Shown one piece after another: positions 31,195 through 41,176 of a stretch of 64,000 bases of DNA. The notes under the pieces were generated by a model. It was given only the letters and a program-made list of their open reading frames with translations, did not search any database and was not told where the DNA came from. The position numbers were made by a program, and so were the translations under genes. Source of the stretch: Gammaproteobacteria bacterium (GTDB lineage Bacteria; Pseudomonadota; Gammaproteobacteria; Pseudomonadales; Azotimanducaceae); the NCBI GenBank assembly GCA_028821125.1, contig JAPPHD010000071.1, forward strand, positions 3,837 through 67,836, in the 5' to 3' direction. Within the stretch, counting starts at the first letter, position 1; every line of letters begins with the position of its first letter.

Positions 31195-31623
31195 TCAGAT
31201 TTCGATGGGGTGGGGTTGCTGCGCCGCGTGGGGGTGGTCGGGGCCGGCATAGACCTTGAGCTTCCTGAACATGGCGCGCCCGAGGGGATTTCTCGGCAGC
31301 ATGCCCTTCACGGCCTTCTCGATGATCCGCTCCGGATGGGTCTGGCGCAGCCTGTTCAGGCTGGTGCTCCTGATGCCGCCCGGATAGCCGCTGTGCCGAT
31401 GGTAGACCTTGCCCGTTTCCTTGTTGCCCGTCACCCGGACCTTGGCGGCATTGACGACGATGATGTAGTCGCCCGTGTCGACATGCGGCGTGTATTCCGG
31501 CTTGTGCTTGCCCCGCAGCCGGTGGGCCACCGCCGATGCGAGGCGGCCGAGGGTGCGATTCTCGGCGTCGACAACGTACCAGGAACGCTCCACGTCCTGC
31601 GCGCGCATGCTGACCGTTTTCAT
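31195..31623 (-). CDS. rplM: 50S ribosomal protein L13
   Basis: ORF 31195..31623. [32 protein letters not shown]. Confidence 0.95.
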   Translation of the reverse strand: MKTVSMRAQDVERSWYVVDAENRTLGRLASAVAHRLRGKHKPEYTPHVDTGDYIIVVNAAKVRVTGNKETGKVYHRHSGYPGGIRSTSLNRLRQTHPERIIEKAVKGMLPRNPLGRAMFRKLKVYAGPDHPHAAQQPHPIEI

Positions 31624-31702
31624 GACTTCTGGACCTATCGTTCCCGGATCAGGCCGTCAAATGAGTGGAGTTCGCACCCGTTCGCCGTTTTCTCCAACCG
31701 GG

Positions 31703-31775
31703 CCTGTTCATGCCTGTTCATGAATGAACCACTGCGGCCGTGGATGGCAGCGCAACACTTGAGCGCACTTCCGCC
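31703..31775. repeat. Family C solo end (left-arm type) with a duplicated CCTGTTCATG
   Basis: CCTGTTCATGCCTGTTCATGAATGAACCACTGCGGCCGTGGATGGCAGCGCAACAC.. resembles the first ~60 nt of the 170-180 bp family C elements. No matching right arm is nearby. Confidence 0.7.
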
Positions 31776-31871
31776 GGCAGTGAGCCGGATTTCGGAAGGC
31801 GCGCATGTTAACGATTGGGTATGGCTTTGACAATATCGGCGCCACCCGCCGGAAAGGCCCCGGAACGCCGT

Positions 31872-32948
31872 TCAGCCGGCCTTGTGGGACTTCGCGAGAT
31901 AGGCGTGGGACTGCATTTCGATGAGGCGGCTCGAGGTGCGCTCGAACTCCCGGCGGTGCCGCTCGCCGCCGTACAGATCACCCACCGGCGCATCCGCCGA
32001 GACGATCAGCTTCACGTTGCGGTCGTAGAACTCGTCCACCAGGCTGATGAACCGGCGCGCCGCGTCTTCACGGCCCGCATCGAAGCGCTTCAGGTTCGAG
32101 ACCAGCACCGTATTGTGGCACCGGGCGAGTTCGATGTAGTCGTTGGCGCTGCGCGGCCCTTCGCAGAGTTCGGCAAACTCGAACCAGGCCACGTCGTCGG
32201 CGAGGCGGTGGGCATGGATACTGCGCCCGTTGACTTCAAGGTCTACCGATTTCCGTGACTGCCCCGGCGCGAGCGCGTCGAAACTGGCCGCAAGGCCCCG
32301 CTCCGCCCCGTCGTCCAGCGGCCAGTGGTAGATCTCGGCGCGTTTCAGGGTTCTGAGGCGGTGATCGACAGCGCCGTCCACTCGATGCACCAGGGTATGC
32401 GTCTCCAGCGCGTCTATGGCCGGCAGGAAGCGGCGGCGCTGCAGGCCGTTCTCGTAGAGCAGGGCCGGCCGCACGTTCGACGTGGCCACCAGGGTCACGC
32501 CGCGCCCGAACAGGTTTCCCAGCAGTTCGCCCAGGATCATGGCGTCGCCGATGTCCGCCACGAAGAACTCGTCGAAGCACAGCACCCGGGCCCGTTCCGC
32601 CAATCCGTCCGCAACCCGGCGCAACGGGTCCGGCGTGCCGCGCAACGCGTGCAGGTCGTCGTGCACCCGGCGCATGAACCGGTGGAAGTGCATGCGCACC
32701 TTGCCGACCGGGGCGCATTCATGGAAGAGGTCCATCAGCATCGTCTTGCCCCGGCCTACGCCTCCCCACAGGTACAGGCCGCGTTCCGGCCCCGGATCGC
32801 GGCGACGGAACGGCCAACGGCTCCGCGTCCGCCGGTTCCCGAGCCGGTGATGCAGGTCGTCGAGCAACGCCACCGCCTCGCGCTGCGCCGCGTCGTCGAT
32901 GAGGTTTCCGGCCGCCAGTTCCTGCCGGTATCGTTGTGCGGGCGACAT
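31872..32948 (-). CDS. zapE: Cell division protein ZapE (AFG1-like ATPase, YhcM)
   Basis: ORF 31872..32948. Walker A GGVGRGKTMLMD and Walker B VLCFDEF. Adjacent to rplM as in E. coli. Confidence 0.88.
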   Translation of the reverse strand: MSPAQRYRQELAAGNLIDDAAQREAVALLDDLHHRLGNRRTRSRWPFRRRDPGPERGLYLWGGVGRGKTMLMDLFHECAPVGKVRMHFHRFMRRVHDDLHALRGTPDPLRRVADGLAERARVLCFDEFFVADIGDAMILGELLGNLFGRGVTLVATSNVRPALLYENGLQRRRFLPAIDALETHTLVHRVDGAVDHRLRTLKRAEIYHWPLDDGAERGLAASFDALAPGQSRKSVDLEVNGRSIHAHRLADDVAWFEFAELCEGPRSANDYIELARCHNTVLVSNLKRFDAGREDAARRFISLVDEFYDRNVKLIVSADAPVGDLYGGERHRREFERTSSRLIEMQSHAYLAKSHKAG

Positions 32949-32960
32949 GGTTGCGGAGGC

Positions 32961-34298
32961 CTATCGCTCCGCCGGGCGCTCATGCCCAGGCCCGCTGCGC
33001 GCTTCCGCCGCCAGGGCATGGGCTTCCAGGCCTTCGCTTCTCGCCAGCACCGAGGCCGTACGCGCCAGTGCCCGGCAGCCCTCGGGCGTGAGCGCGATGA
33101 CGGAGCTGCGCTTCTGAAAATCCTCGACGCCCAGGGGCGAGGAGAACCGCGCGGTGCCGTAGGTGGGCAGCACGTGGCTCGGCCCGGCCACGTAATCGCC
33201 CATGACCTCCGGCGAGTGGGCGCCGAGAAAAATGGCGCCCGCGTTGCGCACACCCTCGAGCAGCCCGTCCGGGTCCCGCACGGCGAGCATCAGGTGCTCC
33301 GGGGCGATGCGGTTGGCGATCTCCACCGCTTCTTCCAGGGAAGCGGTCTCGATCAGCGCACCGCGGCTTTCCAGGGAACTCGCAATGATGTCCCGGCGCT
33401 CGCGTTCGCCGAGCAGGTCGGCCATGCGCGATGCCAGAGCGTCGAGATAATCCCTGTCCGGGCACAGGAGCAGGCTCTGGGCCAGTTCATCGTGCTCCGC
33501 CTGGGCGAACAGGTCGCAGGCCAGCCAGTCCACGGGCGCGGAACCGTCGGTGACGATCAGGATCTCGCTCGGCCCGGCGATCAGGTCGATGCCGGTCCTG
33601 CCGTACACCTGGCGCTTGGCCGCCGCCACGTAGGCGTTGCCCGGGCCGACGATCTTGTCCACCGCGGCGATGCTCTCCGTGCCCCATGCCAGGGCGCCCA
33701 CGGCCTGCGCCCCGCCGACCGCCCAGGCCTCGGTAACGCCGACCAGGTGCAGGGCGGCAAGCACCATCGGATCCCGCTCACCGCCGGGGGTCGGCATGGT
33801 GACGACCACCTCGCCCACGCCCGCCACCCGCGCCGGAACCACCGTCATCAGCACCGTCGACGGGTAGGCGGCCCGGCCGCCCGGAACATAGACGCCGATC
33901 CTCTCCAGCGCGGTAATGCGCACGCCCAGGCGGTTGCCCAGTTCGTCGCGGTAGCTCCAGGATTCCCCGGCCTGGCTCCGGTGAAAGCGATCGATGCGCC
34001 CGGCGGCGTCTTCCAGTGCCTTGCGCCGCTCGTCGGGCAGGCTCTCGAACGCCTGGCGAAACGCCTCCGGATCCAGCTTGAGTTCGCGGATATCGGTGAC
34101 GCTGGCGCCGTCGAACCGGTTGGTGTACTCCACCAGGGCCGCGTCCCCCCGCGCCTTCACCGCAGCCACGATCTCCGCCGCCACCCTCGCCACATCCGCG
34201 GATTCCGACTCGATTCCCGTCAACTCGTCGAGTTCCCGTGCGAAGCCCGGCGCGGCGCTGCGCAGACGGCGGATCTTCAACCTGGTGTCCTGTGCCAT
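32961..34298 (-). CDS. hisD: Histidinol dehydrogenase
   Basis: ORF 32961..34298. Full-length HisD-like sequence (..AGPSEILIV.., ..DYVAGPSHVLPT..). Confidence 0.93.
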   Translation of the reverse strand: MAQDTRLKIRRLRSAAPGFARELDELTGIESESADVARVAAEIVAAVKARGDAALVEYTNRFDGASVTDIRELKLDPEAFRQAFESLPDERRKALEDAAGRIDRFHRSQAGESWSYRDELGNRLGVRITALERIGVYVPGGRAAYPSTVLMTVVPARVAGVGEVVVTMPTPGGERDPMVLAALHLVGVTEAWAVGGAQAVGALAWGTESIAAVDKIVGPGNAYVAAAKRQVYGRTGIDLIAGPSEILIVTDGSAPVDWLACDLFAQAEHDELAQSLLLCPDRDYLDALASRMADLLGERERRDIIASSLESRGALIETASLEEAVEIANRIAPEHLMLAVRDPDGLLEGVRNAGAIFLGAHSPEVMGDYVAGPSHVLPTYGTARFSSPLGVEDFQKRSSVIALTPEGCRALARTASVLARSEGLEAHALAAEARSGPGHERPAER

Positions 34299-34328
34299 AA
34301 GATTCTACGTTTTCGGCTCGCCGCGGGG

Positions 34329-35612
<1,284 letters not shown>

Positions 35613-35849
35613 TCAGGCGCGCTCGGCGGCGGTTCTTGCATCGATCGTAACGGCGTGCAGGCTGCCGTCGGCGATGAAGCCCTGAATGCAGGCGTAGACG
35701 GCCTGGTGCCGGCGCACCCGGCTCAGAGCCTCGAAGCTGTCGCTGGTTACCCTGATCAGCGCCCGGTTTCCCTCCAGGGCCACCGCCACGTCACTGCCGG
35801 GCAGCGCATCGCGTATGCGCCCTTCAACCTCGCGCTCCAGATGCTCCAT
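35613..35849 (-). CDS. ibaG: BolA-family protein IbaG (YrbA)
   Basis: 78 codons of ORF 35613..35915, starting at MEHLEREVEGRI (ATG 35849). ..SRVRRHQAVYA.. BolA signature. Position between mlaB and murA as in E. coli. Confidence 0.82.
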   Translation of the reverse strand: MEHLEREVEGRIRDALPGSDVAVALEGNRALIRVTSDSFEALSRVRRHQAVYACIQGFIADGSLHAVTIDARTAAERA

Positions 35850-35869
35850 GCAGATGCCCTCTAGCCCGA

Positions 35870-35898
35870 CCTGTTCATGAATGAATTGCTGCGGTGGC
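35870..35898. repeat. Family C solo end fragment
   Basis: CCTGTTCATGAATGAATTGCTGCGGTGGC matches the family C left arm (CCTGTTCATGAATGAACTACTGCGGTCG). It lies between the mlaB stop and the ibaG start. Confidence 0.65.
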
Positions 35899-35907
35899 CC
35901 GGCAGCA

Positions 35908-36204
35908 TCAGGCATCCAATGCCAGTACGCCGCTGAGGCCGGAGAAGGCGGCGATATTGCGCAGGCCCCGGGATGCGCCCTTGAACGTCACGGTCTTCCC
36001 GCAACCGCTGGCCGCGCGCCGCCAGGCGATGAGCAGCGCAACCGCCACGCTGTTGGCATCCTCCAGCCCGGAACAGTCGAACTCGACGGTGCCCTGTTGC
36101 GATTCCCGAATCAGCGATTCCCCGGCCGAACGGATCTCGGCGAGGTTCTCGAAGGTGACGCCGCCCGACAGGCGCCCGTTTCCGTCCAGTGCCCAGGGTC
36201 TCAT
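35908..36204 (-). CDS. mlaB: STAS-domain protein MlaB
   Basis: ORF 35908..36204, a 98-aa STAS/anti-sigma-antagonist-like protein. Last gene of the mla operon. Confidence 0.8.
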   Translation of the reverse strand: MRPWALDGNGRLSGGVTFENLAEIRSAGESLIRESQQGTVEFDCSGLEDANSVAVALLIAWRRAASGCGKTVTFKGASRGLRNIAAFSGLSGVLALDA

Positions 36205-36905
36205 GCGCCGGCGTTTTCCTTCGCTTCCGGGGCGCCCTCCTCGGCCACCACTAGAGCCCAGGCATCGATTACGCGGTCAAGGTCTCCACCATACCTTGCG
36301 TCTGCTACCGCGCTCTTGAACTGGCTGCGGAAAGTCAGGCCGATGTTCACGCCGGCGATGACGATGTTGCCGATCCGCCACACGCCGTCCTTGCCCAGCC
36401 TCATGGTGTAGATGACCGGATGCACGTTGCCGCCGGTGCGTATCTCCATTCTGACGTTCTGCCGGTCGGGCCGGCGCGGCGGCCCGTCCGGGGGCAGCAC
36501 CACGACCTCGCCGTCCTTGAACGACGTCAGCGACAGCGCATAGGTTCGGAGCAGGCCGGACTTGAAGTTGTCGGCAAAGCGCCGGCGCTGATCCGCCGTG
36601 GCCTTGCGGTAGTGCACCGACATCACGCCCCGGGCGAACCCCGCGAAATCGATGGCCGGCGTCAGCAGCGCATCCACTTCGTCAAAGAAGCGGTCGGGAT
36701 CCTCGTCGACCCAGGCACGGGATGTCTCGATGAGATCGAGCAACTCCTCGGATTTCTCCTGCACGATCCGGTGCGGCGCCGATTCGAACTCGGCGGCGGC
36801 CACCTCGGCGCCGGCCCCGGCGGCCTGCGGCACAGCAACGACAAGCCCGGCGAAGCCAATCGCCAACGCGGCCGAAATGCACATTGCGCCCAGGCGTTCA
36901 GTCAT
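36201..36905 (-). CDS. mlaC: Periplasmic phospholipid-binding protein MlaC (Ttg2D family)
   Basis: ORF 36201..36905. Signal peptide and Tol-tolerance Ttg2D-like sequence. Operon context. Confidence 0.85.
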   Translation of the reverse strand: MTERLGAMCISAALAIGFAGLVVAVPQAAGAGAEVAAAEFESAPHRIVQEKSEELLDLIETSRAWVDEDPDRFFDEVDALLTPAIDFAGFARGVMSVHYRKATADQRRRFADNFKSGLLRTYALSLTSFKDGEVVVLPPDGPPRRPDRQNVRMEIRTGGNVHPVIYTMRLGKDGVWRIGNIVIAGVNIGLTFRSQFKSAVADARYGGDLDRVIDAWALVVAEEGAPEAKENAGA

Positions 36906-37354
36906 GAGCCGAGGTTCGTTACCAGGTCGCCGATGAGGTTCTCGAGCACCAGCGCACCCTGGGTGTCCAGAATTTCATCGCCGTCGTCGAGTACCTCCTC
37001 GTCGGCGCCCGGCAGCAGGCTCACGTAGCGCGAGCCGATGATCCCCTCGGTGAGTATCTGCGCGCCGGTATCGGTGCTCAGCGGGCCCGCCCGCCTCTCG
37101 ATCTCCATGTGCACCACAGCCTCGCCGTACTCGGTGTCTACCTGGATGTGCGAGACGCGCCCGATCACCACACCCGCCAGGCTCACCTTGGCGCGGCGCT
37201 TGAGGCCCGCCACATCGTCGAAACGCGCGGAGATCGAATAGGTGGAACTGTCCTCGAAGTTGATGCCGCTCACCCGCACGACCAGGAAGACGAGGGCCAG
37301 GATGCCGGCCAGCACGAAAGCGCCGACGCTGATTTCCACCGTTCGCATGCGCAT
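36902..37354 (-). CDS. mlaD: MCE-domain protein MlaD
   Basis: Last 150 codons of ORF 36902..39070, starting at MRMRTVEISVGAFVLAG (ATG 37354, preceded by GGAGG). One TM segment plus an MCE domain. Confidence 0.9.
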   Translation of the reverse strand: MRMRTVEISVGAFVLAGILALVFLVVRVSGINFEDSSTYSISARFDDVAGLKRRAKVSLAGVVIGRVSHIQVDTEYGEAVVHMEIERRAGPLSTDTGAQILTEGIIGSRYVSLLPGADEEVLDDGDEILDTQGALVLENLIGDLVTNLGS

Positions 37355-37380
37355 GGTCAATCCTCCTTCCGATCTCTCCT

Positions 37381-38160
37381 TCAGAAATCTCCGTACATGC
37401 TGAGCGTCAGCAGGAAATCCAGGGCCAGGATCATCACCGACGAATACACGACCGTGCGCGTGGTGGCAAGCCCGATGCCCTCCGCCGAGGGATAGGTATC
37501 GTAACCCTGATAGACCGCGATCCAGGTCACCACAACGGCAAAGAAGACGCTTTTCAGCATGCCCTTGCCGATGTCCTCCCAGATCTCCACGACATCCGTC
37601 ATGCCAGACCAGAAGGCGCCGCGCTCGATGCCCAGCCACTCTATGCCGACCACCACCCCGCCGTAAATGGCGACGACGTTGAATATGGCCGTGAGCAGCG
37701 GCAGGCTGATGAATCCGGCCCAGAGCCGGGGCGCCACCACCCGCCGGAGCGGATCCACGCCCATCATTTCCATGCTGGTGAGCTGCTCGGTGGACTTCAT
37801 CAGGCCGATCTCGGCGGTGATGGCCGACCCCGCCCGTCCGGCGAACAGGAGCGCCGTGATCACCGGGCCGAGTTCGCGCAGCAGCACCACGGCAAGCCCC
37901 ACGCCCACCGCGTCCTGGGCGCCGAAGCGCGCCAATTGGGTGTAGAACTGCAGGGCCAGCACGGCGCCGATGGAGAAGGCGGACAGCATGACGATGATAA
38001 GCGAGAGCACGCCCACGTTGTGGATCTGGCGGACCACAAGGTAAAGATCGGCCGGCTTCGGCAACCAGAAAACCGAGGCGACCCACAGCATGGAGGCGCG
38101 GCCGAGGCTCGCCATGCGGTTCAGGGCCCGGTGTCCGAGGCGGAGCAGCAAGTCCGGCAT
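37381..38160 (-). CDS. mlaE: ABC transporter permease MlaE
   Basis: ORF 37381..38160, a polytopic MlaE/Ttg2B-like permease. Confidence 0.92.
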   Translation of the reverse strand: MPDLLLRLGHRALNRMASLGRASMLWVASVFWLPKPADLYLVVRQIHNVGVLSLIIVMLSAFSIGAVLALQFYTQLARFGAQDAVGVGLAVVLLRELGPVITALLFAGRAGSAITAEIGLMKSTEQLTSMEMMGVDPLRRVVAPRLWAGFISLPLLTAIFNVVAIYGGVVVGIEWLGIERGAFWSGMTDVVEIWEDIGKGMLKSVFFAVVVTWIAVYQGYDTYPSAEGIGLATTRTVVYSSVMILALDFLLTLSMYGDF

Positions 38161-38166
38161 CGTTTT

Positions 38167-39036
38167 CTAGCGGCCCTGGCGCTTGCCTTCGCCGGGTTCT
38201 TCGAGCAGGTCCTGCTCGAAATCGGGGGCCGGGTAGTGGAACGGGACGGGGCCGTCGGGCGTGCCGTTGATGAACTGGCGGACTTCGGGCTCGGGGTGGT
38301 CCTTGAGCACGTCCGCGGCGCCGGCGCCGATGACGCCGCCGGCGGACAGCACATAGATGCGGTCGGCGATGCTGGCGGTTTCGTGAATGTCGTGGGAGAC
38401 GATCAGGCTCGTGGTGCCGAGCGCCGCGTTGAGATTGCGGATGAGGCTCAGCAGCACGCCCATGGCGATGGGGTCCTGGCCGGCGAACGGCTCGTCGTAC
38501 ATGATGAGGTCCGGGTCGAGGGCGATTGCCCGGGCCAGCGCCACCCGGCGCCCCATGCCGCCGGAAAGCTCGGCGGGCATGAGTTCGCGCGCGCCGCGCA
38601 GCCCCACCGCATTCAGCTTCATCAGCACCAGGTCGCGAATCGTGTCTTCCGGCAGGCTGGTGTGCACCCGCATGGGGAAGGCCACGTTCTCGAACACGTT
38701 CAGGTCCGTGAACAGCGCGGCGGACTGGAACAGTACGCCCATGCGCCGGCGTATCGAGAAGAGTTCCGCCCGGGGCAGCCTCGACACATCGCGGCCGTCG
38801 AGGAGTATCCGGCCGCGGTCGGGCTTCAGGCTGCCGCCGATCATCCTGAGCAGCGTCGTCTTGCCGCAGCCGCTCGGCCCCATGATGGCGGTGATGCGCC
38901 CCCGGGGAACGGTGAGCGACAGTTCGTCGAAAATCACCAGTTCGCCGATGGCGTAGCAGAGATCGCGGATTTCGACGAGATTCTCGTCGCCGGAGACGGC
39001 CGCTCCCGTCCTGACGTTGTCGGCTTGCTCGGGCAT
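38167..39036 (-). CDS. mlaF: ABC transporter ATP-binding protein MlaF
   Basis: 289 codons of ORF 38167..39579, starting at MPEQADNV (ATG 39036). Walker A GPSGCGKTT, signature LSGGMGRRVALARA, Walker B LIMYDEP. Confidence 0.92.
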   Translation of the reverse strand: MPEQADNVRTGAAVSGDENLVEIRDLCYAIGELVIFDELSLTVPRGRITAIMGPSGCGKTTLLRMIGGSLKPDRGRILLDGRDVSRLPRAELFSIRRRMGVLFQSAALFTDLNVFENVAFPMRVHTSLPEDTIRDLVLMKLNAVGLRGARELMPAELSGGMGRRVALARAIALDPDLIMYDEPFAGQDPIAMGVLLSLIRNLNAALGTTSLIVSHDIHETASIADRIYVLSAGGVIGAGAADVLKDHPEPEVRQFINGTPDGPVPFHYPAPDFEQDLLEEPGEGKRQGR

Positions 39037-39187
39037 GGGCGGAATTTGAGCATTTGCGGCAGGCCGGCACAAGAAAGCGCCCGTCATCCCCGGCCGCCGC
39101 CCGCCGGCGCGGCTGCGGGTGTGACTAATTTCCGAACAGCGTCTAAAGTGCAGGTCCCGGCTGCGCGAGCCATCCTGTTTCCTCGGT

Positions 39188-40156
39188 ATGTGGATACCCG
39201 TACTCGGGTTGATCGTCGGTTTCATGGCGCTGGTCTGGAGCGCGGACAAGTTCCTGTCGGGCGCCGCGAGCACCGCCCATAACCTCGGCGTCTCGAAGAT
39301 TCTCATCGGGCTGACCATCGTCTCCATCGGCACCTCGGCCCCCGAGATCTTCGTGGCCATCACCGCCTCCCTTGCCGGCAATCCGCTGCTGGGCATCGGC
39401 AACGCCATCGGTTCCAACATCGCCAACATCGGGCTGGTTCTCGGGGTGACCGCCCTCGTCGCCCCGCTCCCCTTCTCGGTGCGGGTGCTGCAGGCGGAGC
39501 TTCCCTGGCTGCTCGGCGCCACCCTGCTGGCGCTCGTGCTGATGTTCAACCTGGAGCTGAACGTCGTCGACAGCCTCATTCTCCTGGCCGGGCTGCTGCT
39601 GATCCTCTATTTCCTGGTCTCCCAGCGCACCCCGGCCCACACCGAGATATCCGAAACGATTCAGGCCGACCTCGACGAACTCCCGGAGATGACCACCTGG
39701 CAGGGCGTTCTGTGGCTCATCGGGGGCCTCGTCATTCTGGTGGCCAGTTCCCACCTGCTGGTCTGGTCCGCCTCGGACATCGCCCACCGGCTGGGTGTCA
39801 GCGACCTGGTGATCGGCCTCACCATCGTCGCGGTCGGCACGAGCCTGCCGGAACTTGCAGCCACCGTCGCCGCCGCCGTCAAGGGCCACACCGACATCGC
39901 CATCGGCAACGTGGTCGGCTCCAACATCCTGAACATCCTGGCCGTGCTGGCCGTGCCCGGCTTCGTGACCACGGTGCAGATGGAACCGGTGGCCCTGTGG
40001 CGCGACTGCGGCATGATGGCCGCGCTGACGCTGCTCCTCGCCCTCTTCGCCTACGGCATCAATTCCCGGGCCGTAATCACCCGGTTCGAGGGCGCCGTCA
40101 TGCTCCTCGCCTGGGTGGGATACAACTCGCTACTCGTGCAGCAGTCGGTGCACTAG
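39188..40156 (+). CDS. yrbG: Ca2+/Na+ antiporter family protein (CaCA, YrbG-like)
   Basis: ORF 39188..40156. Two alpha-repeat motifs (GTSAPE, GTSLPEL). Divergent from mlaF as in E. coli. Confidence 0.88.
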   Translation: MWIPVLGLIVGFMALVWSADKFLSGAASTAHNLGVSKILIGLTIVSIGTSAPEIFVAITASLAGNPLLGIGNAIGSNIANIGLVLGVTALVAPLPFSVRVLQAELPWLLGATLLALVLMFNLELNVVDSLILLAGLLLILYFLVSQRTPAHTEISETIQADLDELPEMTTWQGVLWLIGGLVILVASSHLLVWSASDIAHRLGVSDLVIGLTIVAVGTSLPELAATVAAAVKGHTDIAIGNVVGSNILNILAVLAVPGFVTTVQMEPVALWRDCGMMAALTLLLALFAYGINSRAVITRFEGAVMLLAWVGYNSLLVQQSVH

Positions 40157-40157
40157 C

Positions 40158-40688
40158 TTGGACGAAGAAACCGCACGACGAGCCCGACACATCCGGCTGG
40201 TGGCCTTCGACGTCGACGGCGTGCTCACCGACGGCAGCATCACCTACACGGACAAGGGCGACGAGATCAAGTCGTTCAACGCCCAGGACGGCTCCGCCAT
40301 CAAGCGGCTGATCGCAAGCGGCATCGAGGTAGCACTGATTACCGGACGGCAATCTCCCATGGTCGAACGGCGGGCCCGGGAACTCGGCATTCGCCACCTC
40401 CACGCCGGCGCCGCGGACAAGCTCGATGCACTGAACAAACTACTCGACAAACTCGACCTCGACGCCGTCGCCTGCGCCTACGTGGGCGACGACCTGCCGG
40501 ACCTTCCCGTCCTCGAAGCCGTCGGCCTCGCCGTCTCGGTGCCCAACGGCCAGCCCGAAGTCCGCCAGGCGGCACACCACGTCACCGAACGGCCCGGCGG
40601 TAACGGCGCCGCCAGCGACGTCTGTCGCCTGATTCTCAGTGTCCGGGAACACCCGCCCCCCGGCGAGCCAAACCGGCGACAGATCTGA
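40158..40688 (+). CDS. kdsC: 3-deoxy-D-manno-octulosonate 8-phosphate phosphatase KdsC
   Basis: ORF 40158..40688 (TTG start). HAD motifs FDVDGVLTDG and YVGDDLPD. Confidence 0.9.
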   Translation: MDEETARRARHIRLVAFDVDGVLTDGSITYTDKGDEIKSFNAQDGSAIKRLIASGIEVALITGRQSPMVERRARELGIRHLHAGAADKLDALNKLLDKLDLDAVACAYVGDDLPDLPVLEAVGLAVSVPNGQPEVRQAAHHVTERPGGNGAASDVCRLILSVREHPPPGEPNRRQI

Positions 40689-40757
40689 TCAATGCGAGTC
40701 GGCAATCCGGCGCGCCGGGACGAGGACGCGCCGGGAACGACGCCGAATCTTGGGAAA

Positions 40758-40866
40758 GAGTTCGTATGCGGCGCTTCCCTTTCGGCGCGTTAAGCTCGTC
40801 CGAAAGCCTTGAATGATGCAGGATGATGTGGCCGTGCGCCGAAAGGGAAGCGCCGCATGCGAACTC
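40758..40866 (+). repeat. Family B hairpin repeat, copy B2 (inverted relative to B1)
   Basis: Arms are GAGTTCGTATGCGGCGCTTCCCTTTCGGCGC (40758-40788) and GCGCCGAAAGGGAAGCGCCGCATGCGAACTC (40836-40866). The loop is the reverse complement of the B1 loop. Confidence 0.9.
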
Positions 40867-40886
40867 GCTGTTGAGATTGACGAAAC

Positions 40887-40930
40887 TATGTCAAATCCGT
40901 TTTTCTTTAAAATCAAAGCCTTGCAATTTG
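40887..40930 (+). promoter_or_regulatory. AT-rich module with IHF core consensus (AATCAA-agcc-TTG, 40911-40923) and -10-like TAAAAT
   Basis: TATGTCAAATCCGTTTTTCTTTAAAATCAAAGCCTTGCAATTTG. Confidence 0.45.
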
Positions 40931-40997
40931 CTACAGGAAAGTTCCCAACCCGCCCCGTCAGGTCGCTGACGCGCAAGGAACTGTTTGGCTCCAGGAT

Positions 40998-41110
40998 GAG
41001 AGTCGGTGTACGGTGCAGGCATCCGGCACCTTTAAAGCACCCCTGCGCCCTCGAATTCCGCCACAACGCGTCCGCTTGGCGTGCCGGATGCCTGCACCGT
41101 ATGCCGACTC
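40998..41110 (+). repeat. Family A hairpin repeat, copy A2
   Basis: Arms are GAGAGTCGGTGTACGGTGCAGGCATCCGGCAC (40998-41029) and GTGCCGGATGCCTGCACCGTATGCCGACTC (41081-41110). The loop is nearly identical to the A1 loop. Confidence 0.9.
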
Positions 41111-41128
41111 GGTGTTGAATTACCCTAT

Positions 41129-41172
41129 TATGTCAAATATATTTTCCTGTAAAATCAAACAGTTGTAGATTG
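41129..41172 (+). promoter_or_regulatory. AT-rich module with IHF core consensus (AATCAA-acag-TTG, 41153-41165) and -10-like TAAAAT, immediately upstream of lptC
   Basis: TATGTCAAATATATTTTCCTGTAAAATCAAACAGTTGTAGATTG. The lptC ATG is at 41177. Confidence 0.45.
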
Positions 41173-41176
41173 TTTC

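Noticed and set aside
36902-39070. 722-aa ORF suggesting a large fusion protein
   Set aside because: Only the last 150 codons (MlaD, from ATG 37354 with a GGAGG RBS) look like a real protein. The upstream part runs out of frame over mlaE and mlaF and is Arg/Gly/Pro-rich read-through. Similar N-terminal over-extensions were trimmed for ftsZ (622 aa), ftsA (503), mraY (581), murC (569), argJ (480), mlaF (470), pmbA (554) and rsmI (352).
40813-41118. ORFs of 70-160 aa running through the repeat-rich spacers (40813..41118, 40689..41066, 44627..45016, 44548..44916, 23157..23645, 22852..23277, 9094..9324, 8924..9478)
   Set aside because: They are made of hairpin-repeat and rnpB sequence, have no RBS or homology-like motifs, and overlap each other on both strands.
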